This document shows, in pieces, positions 19,233-32,942 of a DNA stretch of 64,000 nt; position 1 is the first letter of the stretch; each line of letters opens with the position of its first letter. Source of the stretch: the human T2T-CHM13v2.0 reference genome, Homo sapiens. Position numbers and translations under genes: made by a program. The notes beneath the pieces were generated by a model, which was not told the DNA's origin, did not search any database, and saw only the letters and a program-made list of their open reading frames with translations. Location of the stretch: assembly GCF_009914755.1 (NCBI RefSeq), contig NC_060926.1, one strand, 5' to 3'.

Positions 19233-21171
19233 TGACTCTGGGAATGGCTCTTTTAAAAATGCGTTTCCTAATTCCAATCTAGTTCACAGGGTTGTTGTGA
19301 GGCTCAGAGGGAGAAAGATGCTTCCTTCAATAAGTATGTGTTGAGCCCCTCCTACGTGCCAGGCATGGGGTACTGGGCTAGGTGCAGTGCCTAACACCTA
19401 GCAGGAGCTTGGCAACTACTCATTCCTTGCTTCTTCCCTCTCCCTCTCATCGCCCTGAAACCTGAAGGTCACCATTTGAGTTCTCCCTTCTCTTGGCTGG
19501 CCTTGTATCTTGTCCAGCTGCCTCCTGCCACTCTTAGATTCCTGAGAGGTGACATGGCACATTGCTGACGAAGTCCTTGTCTTGATTCCTGATCAAGGCA
19601 TCTCTGTCTCCAGTCTCTGGGTGGGAAACCCAGTATGCCAAGCTAGGCAATGTGGAAACCAGTATGGACCCATTTCCCCCTTGCCAATGCAGCTGAGAGC
19701 CAGAGTCAGCCGTAAGGAGCCAGCTTATTGTCTCCTGTCCCCTTGGCCCAACGGAGCCCTTTAAAGCCAAAGGAGCCTCCCAGGTAGGAGGCTTGCACGG
19801 CCCATGTCTTGACATCCTAAGGGCCACTTCCTAAGGGAAGGAGAAAGAGAACGCATGGGGATGCAGATGAATTTTATAAGCCCTTCCCATTCTTTCCTGG
19901 GAAACAGGAAGAGACTTGGTTCAACCTTGGTATAACCCTGCTGTGCATCTTCAATGCCCCCAATGCCAGGAACCGCCTTTCCGAAAGAGGTGGTCATGAG
20001 TCAGGGAGGAAATGTGTTCGATCACCAGTGACCTCCTAGCTCCACATCCATCAGCCCTTTCTGCTCCTTCCTCCACCTATTAGCAGCATCTCACACTGTT
20101 GATACCCCGTAGCTTCCAGCAGAATCTTCCTCACTGAATAGAGGCCAAAGTCCTTAGGTACTCAAGGCCTTCTGTGACTGGACCAAAGCCCGCATTTCTT
20201 ACTGCATCTCTCCCTGTATCCCTTCAGTTAGCATATGTTCCTATCAAATGTGCCATTTGCTTTTCTTTATACATAGCCGTGACTTTCCAACACCTGCTTT
20301 TGCTCAAGTTAGGTTCTTTCTCCATGTCTATCTCCTTCCCTAACTCCCTCCCAGTCCACCCAGGTGGAGCCTCTCTCCTAGGCTTCTGCCAGGACTCCAT
20401 TTTTCTCTCTCTCTGAGACATCTCTCTGTCCTGACTTGCCTTCTCAACTGAACTGTGAGTTTTCTGGATGGCAGGGACTTTTTATTCTTTCCCCACCGTG
20501 TCTTGTATGTAGTAGTAGGCTTGTAGTAGGCTCTCAATAAACACATGTGCCATAATTGAGAACATGAGCGAGTCCTAACCTACCAGACATCAGATATAGA
20601 CTCAAACTTCAACTCAACTTTGTCTGCCATGTGCATGTTGGCGTGTAGACGTCTGAGCTTCTCCATCATGTTCACTGAGAATTGCTGAACATCCTCTTCC
20701 TTGGGCCATCGTCATGAGACTGAAGTCAGCTGTCATCCTTGAGCCAGAAAAGTGAGGGTTGGGCTAGAGATTTGGAAGCTGAGGATTGGGGCTGAGTATC
20801 ATAGAGGAGTCCTGTGGCCAAGAAGAGTCCAGAAAATGGAAAGTGGGCATGGCCAGGGATCCTTAACTGCAGAGCTGCCAAACCCTGAGGGGGCTCGGGT
20901 GAATGTAAAAAGCAGCATGCTTTATTGGGAAAGAGGGGTGATTTCAGGGTCCAAAGCCCATATGAGGCAGTGGCTCTACAAGGCCTGGAGGGCAGGGTTT
21001 GGCTTAGGTGGGCGAGAGTAACTTCCCTGGAGAGGTTGCATCTGGCCCTATCGCAGAGCTGGGGCTCTTCCTACACCAGTACCAATTTTCAGGTCTTAGG
21101 GGTTCAGCATCTCACATGTTCTTTTTGTATTCTTCTGTTAGCCAGGTTTACAATTTCCTGGAGGCATTTTT

Positions 21172-21498
21172 CTTTTTATATATTTAGTTTTTTGACACAG
21201 GGTTTTACTCTGTTGCCCAGGCTGAAGTACAGTGGCACAACCATGACTCACTGCAGCCTCAACCTCCCAGGCTCAAGTGATTCCCCTAACCTCAGCCTCC
21301 CCAATAGCTGGGACTACAGGCACATGCCACCATGCTTGGTTAATCTTTTTTATTTTTAATTTCTTTTTTTTTTTTTTTTTCCAGAGACAGGGTCTCACCG
21401 TATTGCCAGGGCTGGTCACGAACTGCTGGGCTCACACAATCCTCCTGTCTTGGTCTCCCAAAGAGCTGGGATTACAGGCATGAGCCACCACGCCTGGC
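21172..21498 (-). mobile_element. AluJ
   Basis: TSD CTGGAGGCATTTTTCT. Confidence 0.95.
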
Positions 21499-23414
21499 CC
21501 TGGAGGCATTTTTCTCCCTCTCCTTTCATTTTGTTTAAACCATTCTTTGATCGGGTTGGCCAGTTTCTGGGCAAGCCTGTTCCTTGGCTGTGGTGAGATG
21601 CAGGTTTCCTCAGCTATGGCCAGGAAAGCCATATCTGACTTTTTAAGATCACCTATGTGACCAGCTATTCATTTCCTATCTCTTCTTTTCTCTTCCATGT
21701 CATGCAGATCAGCAGGAAGAAGAGATGGAAGCAACGCCATGGACCTTCACGTCCTTCAGAGTGTGGGTGGGCTTGGGCTTTGCAGTGAGAGCAAGTATCA
21801 CCCAGGATGGAGATGGGAGGTAATGGGTGGCCCCGACAGGTGCCTCCTACTGCTGGCAGCAAGGAGAGAGTGAAGAGGCAGAATTTCCTTGGTCTAGACT
21901 AGAGTCTGGGTCATGGGCATGGCAGTGCTTGAGCTTTTGACCAGAAGCAAGTGGACATGGATTTGAGCTTCGGGTAAGAAGGGAGACTTCTCTCCAGGGA
22001 CCATAGGGGCTGGCAGCTGAAGAAGGTGACTTGGCCCCTCTCTAGAGGGTGAACGCAGGATCAATTCAAGGCCATGAAGTGGATGCAGCTGGGAGAGCCT
22101 GCTTGGTGCTTTTAAACCTCAACATGTCAACCGCAAATACCTCAAACACTGCTCACACCGTGGTAAAATCTAGTTGCGAAACCTGTCCCGTGGCAGCCTT
22201 CTCCATCCCAGGTGCCCAGGCCCCATCTCCTGGGAGCAGGCAGCTCTCCCCACCCCGATTCATGTCCCTCCTACAGCCCAAGGCAACTCCCTGCCACCTT
22301 GGTGAATGAAGCACATCATGCTGCCCAGGCTTCTGAGCTGTTTGCCGTGTTGCGGAGATGCAGCCTTCAGCCTTGGATACCCACCCACTCCTCTACTTGG
22401 GCATTGTTTTCACAGGCTGCTCTTCCCTGTAGCTTCAGAGAAGTAGGTCAAGTAGGTTAACTCGCTTTAAGGGAGAAGTGCCAGGGGTTCAAGTCACCCA
22501 GCCTGGAGGCAGGAATCCTGGGTTCTATTTTTGGCTTCACAGCTAATCCGCTGTGTGACAGTCGTTAGGAGCTCATTCTCCCCTCTGGGTCTCCCTGAGC
22601 CCTTCTCTAGGTCCCACAATTTTTTTTTTTTTCCCTGAAGCTATATTCCCTGGACTGTCATATTCTTCCCTCTTCCCTCCCTCTGGGAGGTGCTTTAAAG
22701 CCGTTGGCTGCTCAAGGCTGGCGCCCTAGGCAAGAGGGGCTGCAGTTGTTGTAGCTGATGAGGAGGAGATAAGAGGCTTTTCTGTAGACACAGTTGAGCT
22801 GATGGGCTGTGTGAGGCTGGAGTGCCAGGAAACCAGACTCCTGTAACTACAGGACAGGCCCTGGTGATGTGATGATGGGGATGTGACGGGGATGCTGAAG
22901 CCTGGAATGCGAGTGGGGGTTCCTGCGTTTTATGCAATGGCTGTAGATTTCCTCCCACTTCTAAGCCTCCCTTTCTGTGACACGCAGGGAAATTCAGTCT
23001 CTAGTTCGTATGGAAACTTGGGACCTCACTGTGCTGCTTGCTCTTGGCAGAGGATATCATTTGAGCTGTCATAGCAGAGGACCACATTTACCAGGGTGCA
23101 CTTTGGCCAAAGAATAGTAACCTTTCTAAGGCTTAGTTCCTCTGGCCTGACCAAACCAGTCCCAGGAGGCCCCTGGGTTCCAGTCAAGGTCATGGGAGAG
23201 GCCCACCATGGATGAGGCCTGGGGGAGCAGGGTGGAAATTAAGTGCCCAGGTATGTTATGGATAGCCTGCAGCCCTCTCCAATCCCTACCCTCCAAACCC
23301 AGTGAAGGGGGACATGAAACAGGTGAGGCAGAGGAGCAAATGCGGGTCAAGAATTCCGAACTATACTTGACTTACAGTGCAGCTGTGATGTGCACATTGG
23401 TGTGTGCCACGAGA

Positions 23415-23646
23415 CAGCATAGTGTGGTGGAAAGAAAATGGGTTTTGAACAGAGTGTCCTGGGTTTGAATCTCTGCTTGCCCATGTACTAGAGAGTAGTC
23501 GAACCTCTCTGGGCCTCAGTTTCCCAGATGTAAAATGGGAATAGTAGTACTTACCTTGCACGGGTGCTGAGAGAATTCCATGAGACGACACAACCCGTGT
23601 AAAGTGCCTGGCATAGGCATATCACATTAGGGCACTCAGTAAATGT
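23415..23646 (+). mobile_element. MIR
   Basis: Core CTCTCTGGGCCTCAGTTTCCCAGATGTAAAATGGGAATA and MIR 3' end. Confidence 0.85.
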
Positions 23647-23782
23647 GATGTCTTTTCTACTTGCCTTCCTGTCATACCGGTCCCCATGTTTTGGATTTCT
23701 GCAGCTAAAGTTAAGAAGCTTTTTAAGATAGGAATCCCAATTCTCACTTTGCCTCCTTTTCATAGCTCACCTAAATGGCTGA

Positions 23783-24184
<402 letters not shown>

Positions 24185-24685
24185 AGCCCTTCTGTTCTAG
24201 ACTGTGAGCCCGAAGACTGCATTCTCTCCCAGGCTCAGTTTCCTTATATACATAATGCCACCGTGGTCAACCTCTACAGCATCATTTCCTGCACATATTT
24301 TGTCTAAACACCTTGACTGCACCTCAGAGAAGCTGGGTATGGGCCGGATTCCTTTGCCATTTAATGCATACAGCCCGCAGAACAATGTTGTCTGCTGAGC
24401 CCCTGGGGGACAGCAGAGAATTGGAGCCTCTTTTCATGGTTCTCACAGGCCATGTGACACACAGATGGGAGAAGCTGGCATCTGCAGGGCCAAAGGCCTC
24501 TGGCCAAGGCACCCATACCAAAGGGGACAGACTGGCCAAAGCAGCCTTATCCCTATCTCCTTAGGAACCACATTCTAGTGGGATCTGTTTGGTGATACAG
24601 GTTGGGAGCATGGGTGGGGAAGCCTACCCCAGGCCTGATTCAGTCATGAGGATCCAGGAGCACCCTCCAATGGCTGTTGCTAACT

Positions 24686-25053
<368 letters not shown>

Positions 25054-25087
25054 TAGAGCTGACAGGAAGGCTTTTGGGTTGGGCGGT

Positions 25088-25390
25088 TTTACGGGGAAAA
25101 TACTCTGTAACAGCGTTTTTCCTTTACTCTCACATCACAACAATCAACGCAGAAGAGTTATGACCAAATGTCGGGGTGGGGGGGGGGCGTTTCCCCACAC
25201 ACCAAGCAGCTGGGTGTCCTCTAATGCAGTCTGACACTGAAAAGTAGTGTCAGATCCCACATTGGAGGGCTCAGTCCCCAAGACTGTTCCCCCAACACCA
25301 GTTGTAAGTCCAGACCTCCAGAACTTCTGACCAACTGGCTTCAAGTTGGGGTTCCCGTGACTCCCTCTTCGGGTTCAATTAATTTGCTGA
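25088..25390 (-). mobile_element. MER21-family LTR, 3' part (minus orientation)
   Basis: CAGCTGGGTGTCCTC...GTGTCAGATCCCACA...CAGAACTTCTGACCAACTGGCTTCAAGTTGGGGTTCCC...TTCAATTAATTTGCT. Confidence 0.8.
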
Positions 25391-25563
25391 AGTTGTTCAG
25401 AGGGACTGAAATTTACAAAGGTCAGAGATGGTAGAGGAAAGAGTATGGTAAGTGTGGTGTGCAAGCCCATCTAGTGGGAGCACAGTTGAGGAGGGAACAG
25501 GAGGTGGAAGCCAGGTGGGAAAGGAAGTCTGGGGCCCTGTTGGAAGGACCTTGAATGCTGTGT

Positions 25564-25934
25564 TGTTATGATAGACAGTTTTCCTCCATGATTCCTGGCT
25601 CATAACTCCCATAGCCCTTGTTACAGTCTTTTGTTGTAATATTGAGTGTGTTAGGCCACAGGAAACAGACTCTCTCCTTCTCCTGCCCTCCTTTCACCTG
25701 CCCCCAGGCAGGACTCTAATCTTTCCTGGACTTTCCAATGGTTGTTCTTAAGACCATTCCCAGAGAGGTTCCCACCCTATACCCCGGGGGAAGGAATGCT
25801 GACGTTATAAAGCTTTCATAAAAACCCAAGCGGACAGGGTTCAGGGAGCTTTGGGATAACTGAACACATCGAGGTTCCTGGAGGGTGGTGCCTGGGGGAG
25901 GGCTTGGAAGCCCTGTGCCCCTCCTCCCACACCT
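25564..25934 (+). mobile_element. MER21-family LTR, 5' part (plus orientation)
   Basis: TGTTATGATA...TTCCTGGCTCATAACTCCCATAGCCCTTGTTACAG...ATAAAAACCCAAG..GACAGGGTTC..GAGGTTCCTGGAGGGTGG. Confidence 0.8.
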
Positions 25935-26112
25935 GAATTGTTTTTTCTTTTTCCCTTCATGAAACTCTTCCCTGCTCCTTGTATGTGCCTCCATAGTCAT
26001 TATAAGATTTTATGATAATTTTTACATGTCTCCCCGCTCCTAAGTACCTTCCACAGTGTCTAGCATGTCATAGGGAGTGATTGGTAAATAGCTGATAGAA
26101 AGAACAAATTAA

Positions 26113-26493
<381 letters not shown>

Positions 26494-27382
26494 TCAAGTA
26501 ATGTTTTTATCAGTATTCATCTGGAATTCCCTGCTAGACCTTTCATTCTTTGAAGACAGACACTGCATTTCCTTCTGTACTGTAGACACCAATGTTTCAT
26601 GAGTATATTTTGTGTTGAGCAGAATTGTGGGAAGGGAGTGTCTCTGGGTGATCATATCAAGCTAGAGCTGAGATTCTCCTTCCTGCTCCAGTTCAAGTCT
26701 GACTCTCAGTCAATCTTAAAGCCACCTGGCCTGGTCCTGGAACTGAAGAACAGAGACAGAGGTTATTTGTGAGATGCAGGGAGTGTGTGCCCGGGGTAGG
26801 GGGGTCTAGACTAAATGTGTGTTCCAGGAACCATCCCAGGGTTTCCCTTGGGGCTGGCATGCTGCTAAGAGAGTCAAAGAGGTCAAGGAAGAAGAAGAAA
26901 ACCTGGAAACAGCAAGAGAGTGGGGCGCGGGCGGGAGGTGGAGGCCCAGGCCAGAGAAAAATAGGAAACATAAGTTTTGAGTGCAACAGACTGAGCACTG
27001 TTTCAAGAGTCTGGCAACCTGGATTCTTTCTCTGGCTCTGTTCCTGCCTTGAGCCATGAAGGAAGGAAAAAATATACATGAGTGCCCACTGTGTCATTTC
27101 ATGTAGATTTTATTCCAGTTTCCCAACAGTCCTGCAGGAAGCTGGGGTTGAGAGAGTAGATCATTGGCCTACAGACACACAGCCCAGCCTAACAACATAA
27201 ATTAACCTCTCAACGTTAAATGAAGTAAAATGAAGTTCAGTTCTTAAGTATCTTTAAGTTCCTTTCCTCTCTAACTTCTACTAGTAGAATATTTCTACCA
27301 GTAGAAAAAAACAAAAGAAAACCCAAACAACTCTCAACCATGGGCCAAGAGAAACTAAGAAATCGATATTGAAAGGCCAGGA

Positions 27383-27663
27383 GGGGCAGGAGAAGTGGCT
27401 CAGGCCTGTAATCTCAGCACTTTGGGAGGCCGAGGCGGGCGGATCACTTGAGGTCAGGAGTTCCAGACCAGCCTGGCCAACATGGTGAAATCCCTTCTCT
27501 ACCAAAAAATACAAAAATTAGCCGGGCGTGGTGGCACGCACCTGTAGTCCCAGCTACTCTGGAGGCTGAGGTGGAAGAATCGCTTGAACCCAGGAGGCGG
27601 AGTTTGCAGGGAGCCGAGATAGTGCCACTGTACTCCACCCTGGGCGAGAGTGAGACTCCATGT

Positions 27664-27697
<34 letters not shown>
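27383..27697 (+). mobile_element. AluS
   Basis: Dimer with long poly-A. Confidence 0.95.
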
Positions 27698-27699
<2 letters not shown>

Positions 27700-28024
27700 C
27701 GGGAACGTGTGCAATGTAAAGAAGGCTGGATGAGAAGCCCAGGGAAGTCCTGAGCTAGCTTAGGAGAGATCTTCAGGTGTGGGCGTAGGCATGAGCCGCT
27801 GCCTCTCTGTGCCTGTTCCTCATAGGGTCACGGCAGGTGCAGAGCTGGAATTCAAGTCGGCGCTGGGGCTCAGCTGGAGAGGATCCTGGCGGCAAAGCTT
27901 GCGAATTACACATATAAATCAGGGAGAGGAAAAGCAAGCGGACTTCCTGCAGCCCTTGGGGGTTGGGAGTGGGGTGCGTTTCCTGCGTCCCTGACCCGGG
28001 AAGGACGCTGTTTGGTGGTAGCAA

Positions 28025-28070
28025 GCACCTAGCCAGAGAGTGGCTGGGCACCTAGCCAGAGAGTAGCTGG
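28025..28070. repeat. 2 x 23-bp tandem repeat
   Basis: GCACCTAGCCAGAGAGT(G/A)GCTGG twice. Confidence 0.95.
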
Positions 28071-28388
28071 TAGGGCGCAGCTGAGGGCTGGAGGGCTTCA
28101 TCAGAGAACGGCGCTCAGCTAAGGTACCTAGCCAGGAGAGGGTGGAAGTCATTCCCCAATTCCCATCCTTGCGCCCCCCGGCTTAGCCCACGCAGCCTGG
28201 ACAGAACTGGAGGAGGGGTGCACCTGCAGCTCTCAGCGCCCCGGCTGACCTCGAGGACCCCAGGTTAGGGAGAGCTTCCGAGCGCTCCGACAGGAGCAGG
28301 GAGTTGGGGTGGGTAGCTCCGCAGGTGCACGCTGCGGCCCTTAGGGCGACAGCCTCGGAAAAGGCGCATCTCCGGCTGTGGGTTTCTC

Positions 28389-28437
28389 GGGGGCGGGGCG
28401 CAGGGGCGGGGCGCAGGGGCGGGGCGGGGCGAGGGGC
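28389..28437 (+). promoter_or_regulatory. Tandem GC-box (Sp/KLF) cluster, G-quadruplex competent
   Basis: GGGGGCGGGGCGCAGGGGCGGGGCGCAGGGGCGGGGCGGGGCGAGGGG: eight G4+ runs and several GGGGCGGGG boxes. Confidence 0.85.
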
Positions 28438-28509
28438 TCGCAGAGGCCTCGGGTTGGCCGAGCCGGGAGGGAGGAGCATTAGTATTAGCATAGCCCCCGC
28501 CCCCTGCGC

Positions 28510-28748
28510 GCAGCAGTGCCCAGCAACCCGAGCGGAGGCGGCCGCTGCAGCCCGGCGCTGAATGGGCTGGCGGCGCCCGGCTCCGTCCTGCCCGCGGCCG
28601 GCCCCCGCGTCTGCTCCCTCCCCGCCCGGGCCCCTGTCGGCCGCCGCCAGTCCCCGCCCCGACTGTGAATGAAAGGCGGGCGCCGCCGAGGGCTGGCTGG
28701 GAACGCCGCAGCGACGCCGGCCTCTCGAGAGGCGCGCGCCCCGCCGAG
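28510..28748 (+). other. EFR3B: GC-rich 5' UTR of exon 1 (TSS approximate) with upstream ATGs at 28562 and 28669
   Basis: Lies between the GC-box cluster and the ATG/donor; the TSS cannot be fixed from sequence alone. Confidence 0.55.
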
Positions 28749-28755
28749 ATGTACG
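28749..28755 (+). CDS. EFR3B: First coding exon segment (ATG TAC G, phase-1 intron) of EFR3 homolog B, plasma-membrane scaffold of the PI4KA complex
   Basis: GCCGAGATGTACG|GTAAGG: ATG with G at -3 followed by a canonical donor inside the CpG island. Met-Tyr-G.. matches the recalled EFR3B N-terminus MYGVCGCC. Only 7 coding nt are visible, so the gene identity is inference from memory. Confidence 0.8.
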
Positions 28756-31700
28756 GTAAGGAGGGCTCCGCGCCCGGGCCCGGGCCCGCGGGGGCGACTC
28801 CGCAAACTTCCCCGGCGCGGACCATTGTCCCCCTGCACGGCCCTGGCGCGGGGCCAGGCCGCTGACCTGGTGCCCGGCGGGGCTGTTGCGGTCGCTCTGT
28901 GCGCGCGCGTCTGCGCTGCGAGGACAAAGATGCCTCGGGCCGGGGACCCTGGGGTCCTCTCCAGGCCCGGCGCGTGCCGGTGCTGGGCGGTGGTCCTTCG
29001 GGGGGCGGAGGCTCAGGGGAAAGCGGGTCTCCCGGAGCCGAGCAGACCGGGAGTGCTGGAGGAGGTGGTCGTGTGGCAGCATTTGCGGAATTAACAAAAG
29101 CGGTTTGTGCCTGGGAGTTTTCTGTGGGAAGCCGGTCCAGGGCTGAGGGAGACGCCCGCGGCCGGTCGTCTGCGCGGCTCGGAGAAGGCGGGAGGCGGCG
29201 CCGGCGGCGCAGAGGCCCGGGGAGCAGCCAGTGGCCGAGTCTCGTCTCGCCCGCCTGAATGGACTCGGCCTCTGCCTGCCCCTGCCGCCCCGCGGGATCC
29301 AGGTTCACCAACTTCCAGATTTTCCCTCCGCAGTGATGAAGGGAGGAGACGCTGCTGAGAGGGTGCAGCACAGCCCTGACCTCTCCCCGCCTCCACCGCC
29401 ATCCCCTCAACTGCCGTGCAACAGTTAGCCAGACCCTCACGATGCACGGCTCTGCTTGATCATTTGCTAGGACTCCCTCTGGTTTTGCAGGCAGTGTGGG
29501 TGAAGAAGAGAGAGCGCGTTGGGTCCCACATTGCAGCTCTGATGAATGGAGCACTGGAGACCTAGACCAGTCTAGGAATGGACTGCATTCCTGAGCCTGC
29601 AGCCCACCAAGGGCTGTGCGTGTGTGTGTGATCCCGGTAGACATAAGTCCATGAAAACCCAGGTCTCTGGCAGCTCTTCTAGTGCCAGCAAAATAATTGG
29701 AGCTGTGCTCACCTCCCACCCCCACTGCAAGGTAGGGGCTCAGGCTGCACTTGAGGGGTCAGTGTTTGGAGAAGAGTGCGTTCCCAATTTAACCCATCAC
29801 TGAGGCTGCTCGGCTGCTCAGCTGCCTCGCTCCGCGAACAGACTGTGAGTCACAAAGTTTGTTAGAGGCAGAGGAAGCTGAGAGCCTGGTGGAAAGGCTC
29901 AGCAATTGGTGGGCCCCCCTACTGAGAGAGAGAGAGAGACTGACTCAACTTTTTCATCGGTCTCCTTCCCTGCCCAGTTGCTCAGAAATACGTTTGCATT
30001 TCTGATCCAGGGTGAGACATCAGCAGGTCCCCTCAGCAAGTACCATTTCTCTTGGACCAAGTGGGAGGAGGGGGAGGTTGGCCTGAGAGGCTGTGCTGCT
30101 GACCACTGGGGACTCTGGGGAAAGGTAAAAAGGCGGTTATGCTTTATAAGCCAGAGGTTGTGATATGTATGTATATATATAGGAGTATGTGTGTATTTTT
30201 TTACTCTCTCTGTTTTCCCCCTCTTCTTTTCTGCAGAGGTAGCAGCCTGAAGCTGCAGATCATTTGACAAAAGCATGTGACTGCAGGGGCACCTGCAGTG
30301 GGGAAGGAGTTAGGACAGGCTCATCAGAATGGGTCAGAATTAGGAACTGGGTTCTGCTGGGCTGCCTCATTGCATTTAGTCCAAGATAATTTGGTCGTTT
30401 ACCCGAGATATCTGAAGGTGGGGGTCCCAGGCTGCCTCTGTTGTATGAAGCAAGACAAGGAAGAGCTGGATAGTCAGAAAGGTGAACTGGGGAATCAAAG
30501 CATCTGGGTGCTATTTTCAGACACATCTCAGGTTTTCATTTCTCTTTTATAATATATTTTTATTTCCCCAGATGCAAACAGATATGGTATTTACCCTGAA
30601 TGATTCATAGAAAGATTGTAATGGAGGAATCCTCTGGGCAGTTGCCTGCAGCAAAGGAAAGTCACACCAAGCTTGGGTGGGAAATTACTACTGAGTTGCT
30701 GGGTGCAGAGTCTGATCTTAGGAGGTGTGGGAGGGAGCCCACTCCCCCTGGTGAGGACTCAACTGCTTGGATTTTCGTATATTCCTGACTTTCATGAAAA
30801 GAAAGGGTTCATGTGATATTTAAAATCATTTTCTCACCAGAAGTCAATAGAGTGATGAAAAAAAGTGAGTAAGGAGGTTTGGGGGCGGGGATCATAGAAT
30901 TATAGACTTCTTATAATTGCAATTTTCCTCTTGTTTTACAAGTTATTTTTCCAGGGTGACAGAGTTAGATGGAACAGGGCACAATGAAAATGGGGGCCTC
31001 CTGGCACTGCGCTTCTCCCCCTCCCACCTCCTGACCTCCCCTGTGTGTCCTATAAAGTCTCATTAGAAAAATACCACCAGGGGTTTTATTAACGTGATGG
31101 GCAGAGAGGCCCCCCTATGGAGCCGAAAGTCACCTAAGAGCTTTAGGTAAAGGTGTACCTTGTCCACCCACCTTGGTGACTTGTGCCACTATAAATTTGT
31201 CTTCCCATCTGTCCAGCTCTGGAGGATCTCCGTTTCCCATCCCTCCCCCTCCTCACCCTGCCTCTGCCCTCCACAGCTCAGCCTTCTTCCTTCTGCTTAT
31301 GGGAGGCTGGGAACCCCATGTCTTTGCTGGACACAGTGCTATCTAGGATAGAAGGAATCCTTGTTCTGAGGTCATCCCATCTGAATCCAGGAGCCCTTTC
31401 ATGGCTGGGTGACCTCAGGCAAGTGGAATTGTCACTCAGAATTAAATCCCTGTATACAAAAGTGAAACGCATGTCTGTCTACCTTCCAGGTCTGTTGTGA
31501 GCATCACAAGAGGTTCCGAGCTCCTGAAACTGGTTGCTCAAGAGCCTGTCCTCTTTGGGCCCCCTTGGACCTGTTCCCTCCTTTCCTCTCTGCCAACTCG
31601 GGCACAGCCTGTTTGTATCACCTGCCACCCCCGCTTACACAGGCACATCACCTCGACTGTGCCAGTGCCAAGCCGCTGAGCCACTTCCCTTTCTCAGACT

Positions 31701-31935
31701 CACCCCAGCTGTCTCCTCACCACTCAGTCATTCCTAAACCCATCAGTTTCTGGAAATGGCTCTCTAAAAGGACACAGTGACTGCCCACAGTTTTGTGTGG
31801 GAATCCTATGAAGGCAGACTGACAAGGGACATGAAAAAATGAAAGCATTTTTACTGGGGTGGGAAGATCATTAGCAAATTCTATGCAAAAATGGATTCCC
31901 ATGAGCTTTTCTTTTTGTTAGCATTATACAGCTAA

Positions 31936-32345
<410 letters not shown>

Positions 32346-32457
32346 CTAGGAGGGACGTTTGGAAAGGATTTCCCCAACCACAGTCTGTGCACCCCGATCC
32401 CACTAACACCAAAGCTGCCCTAATTCTTCCTCACCTCTGAGTGCTGCCTCATCCTCA

Positions 32458-32864
<407 letters not shown>

Positions 32865-32942
32865 CTATTTCGTGAGTGAGACTGTTGCCAAAAGGTTGGA
32901 GAAACTGCAGGGCAAGGCAGGCTCCCCCTGAAGTACAAAGTC

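Larger units (their letters stand above)
28160..29300. promoter_or_regulatory. CpG island promoter
   Basis: Sharp rise in GC and CpG density relative to CpG-depleted flanks; spans the first exon. Confidence 0.95.

Noticed and set aside
28190-28215. REST/NRSE site (CAGCCTGGACAG)
   Set aside because: Only the GGACAG half matches; the left half and spacing are wrong
28265-29725. 486-aa and 304-aa minus-strand ORFs, plus plus-strand ORFs, over the CpG island
   Set aside because: Stop-poor GC-rich sequence giving Pro/Arg/Ala/Gly-rich translations with no recognisable domain; mostly non-ATG starts
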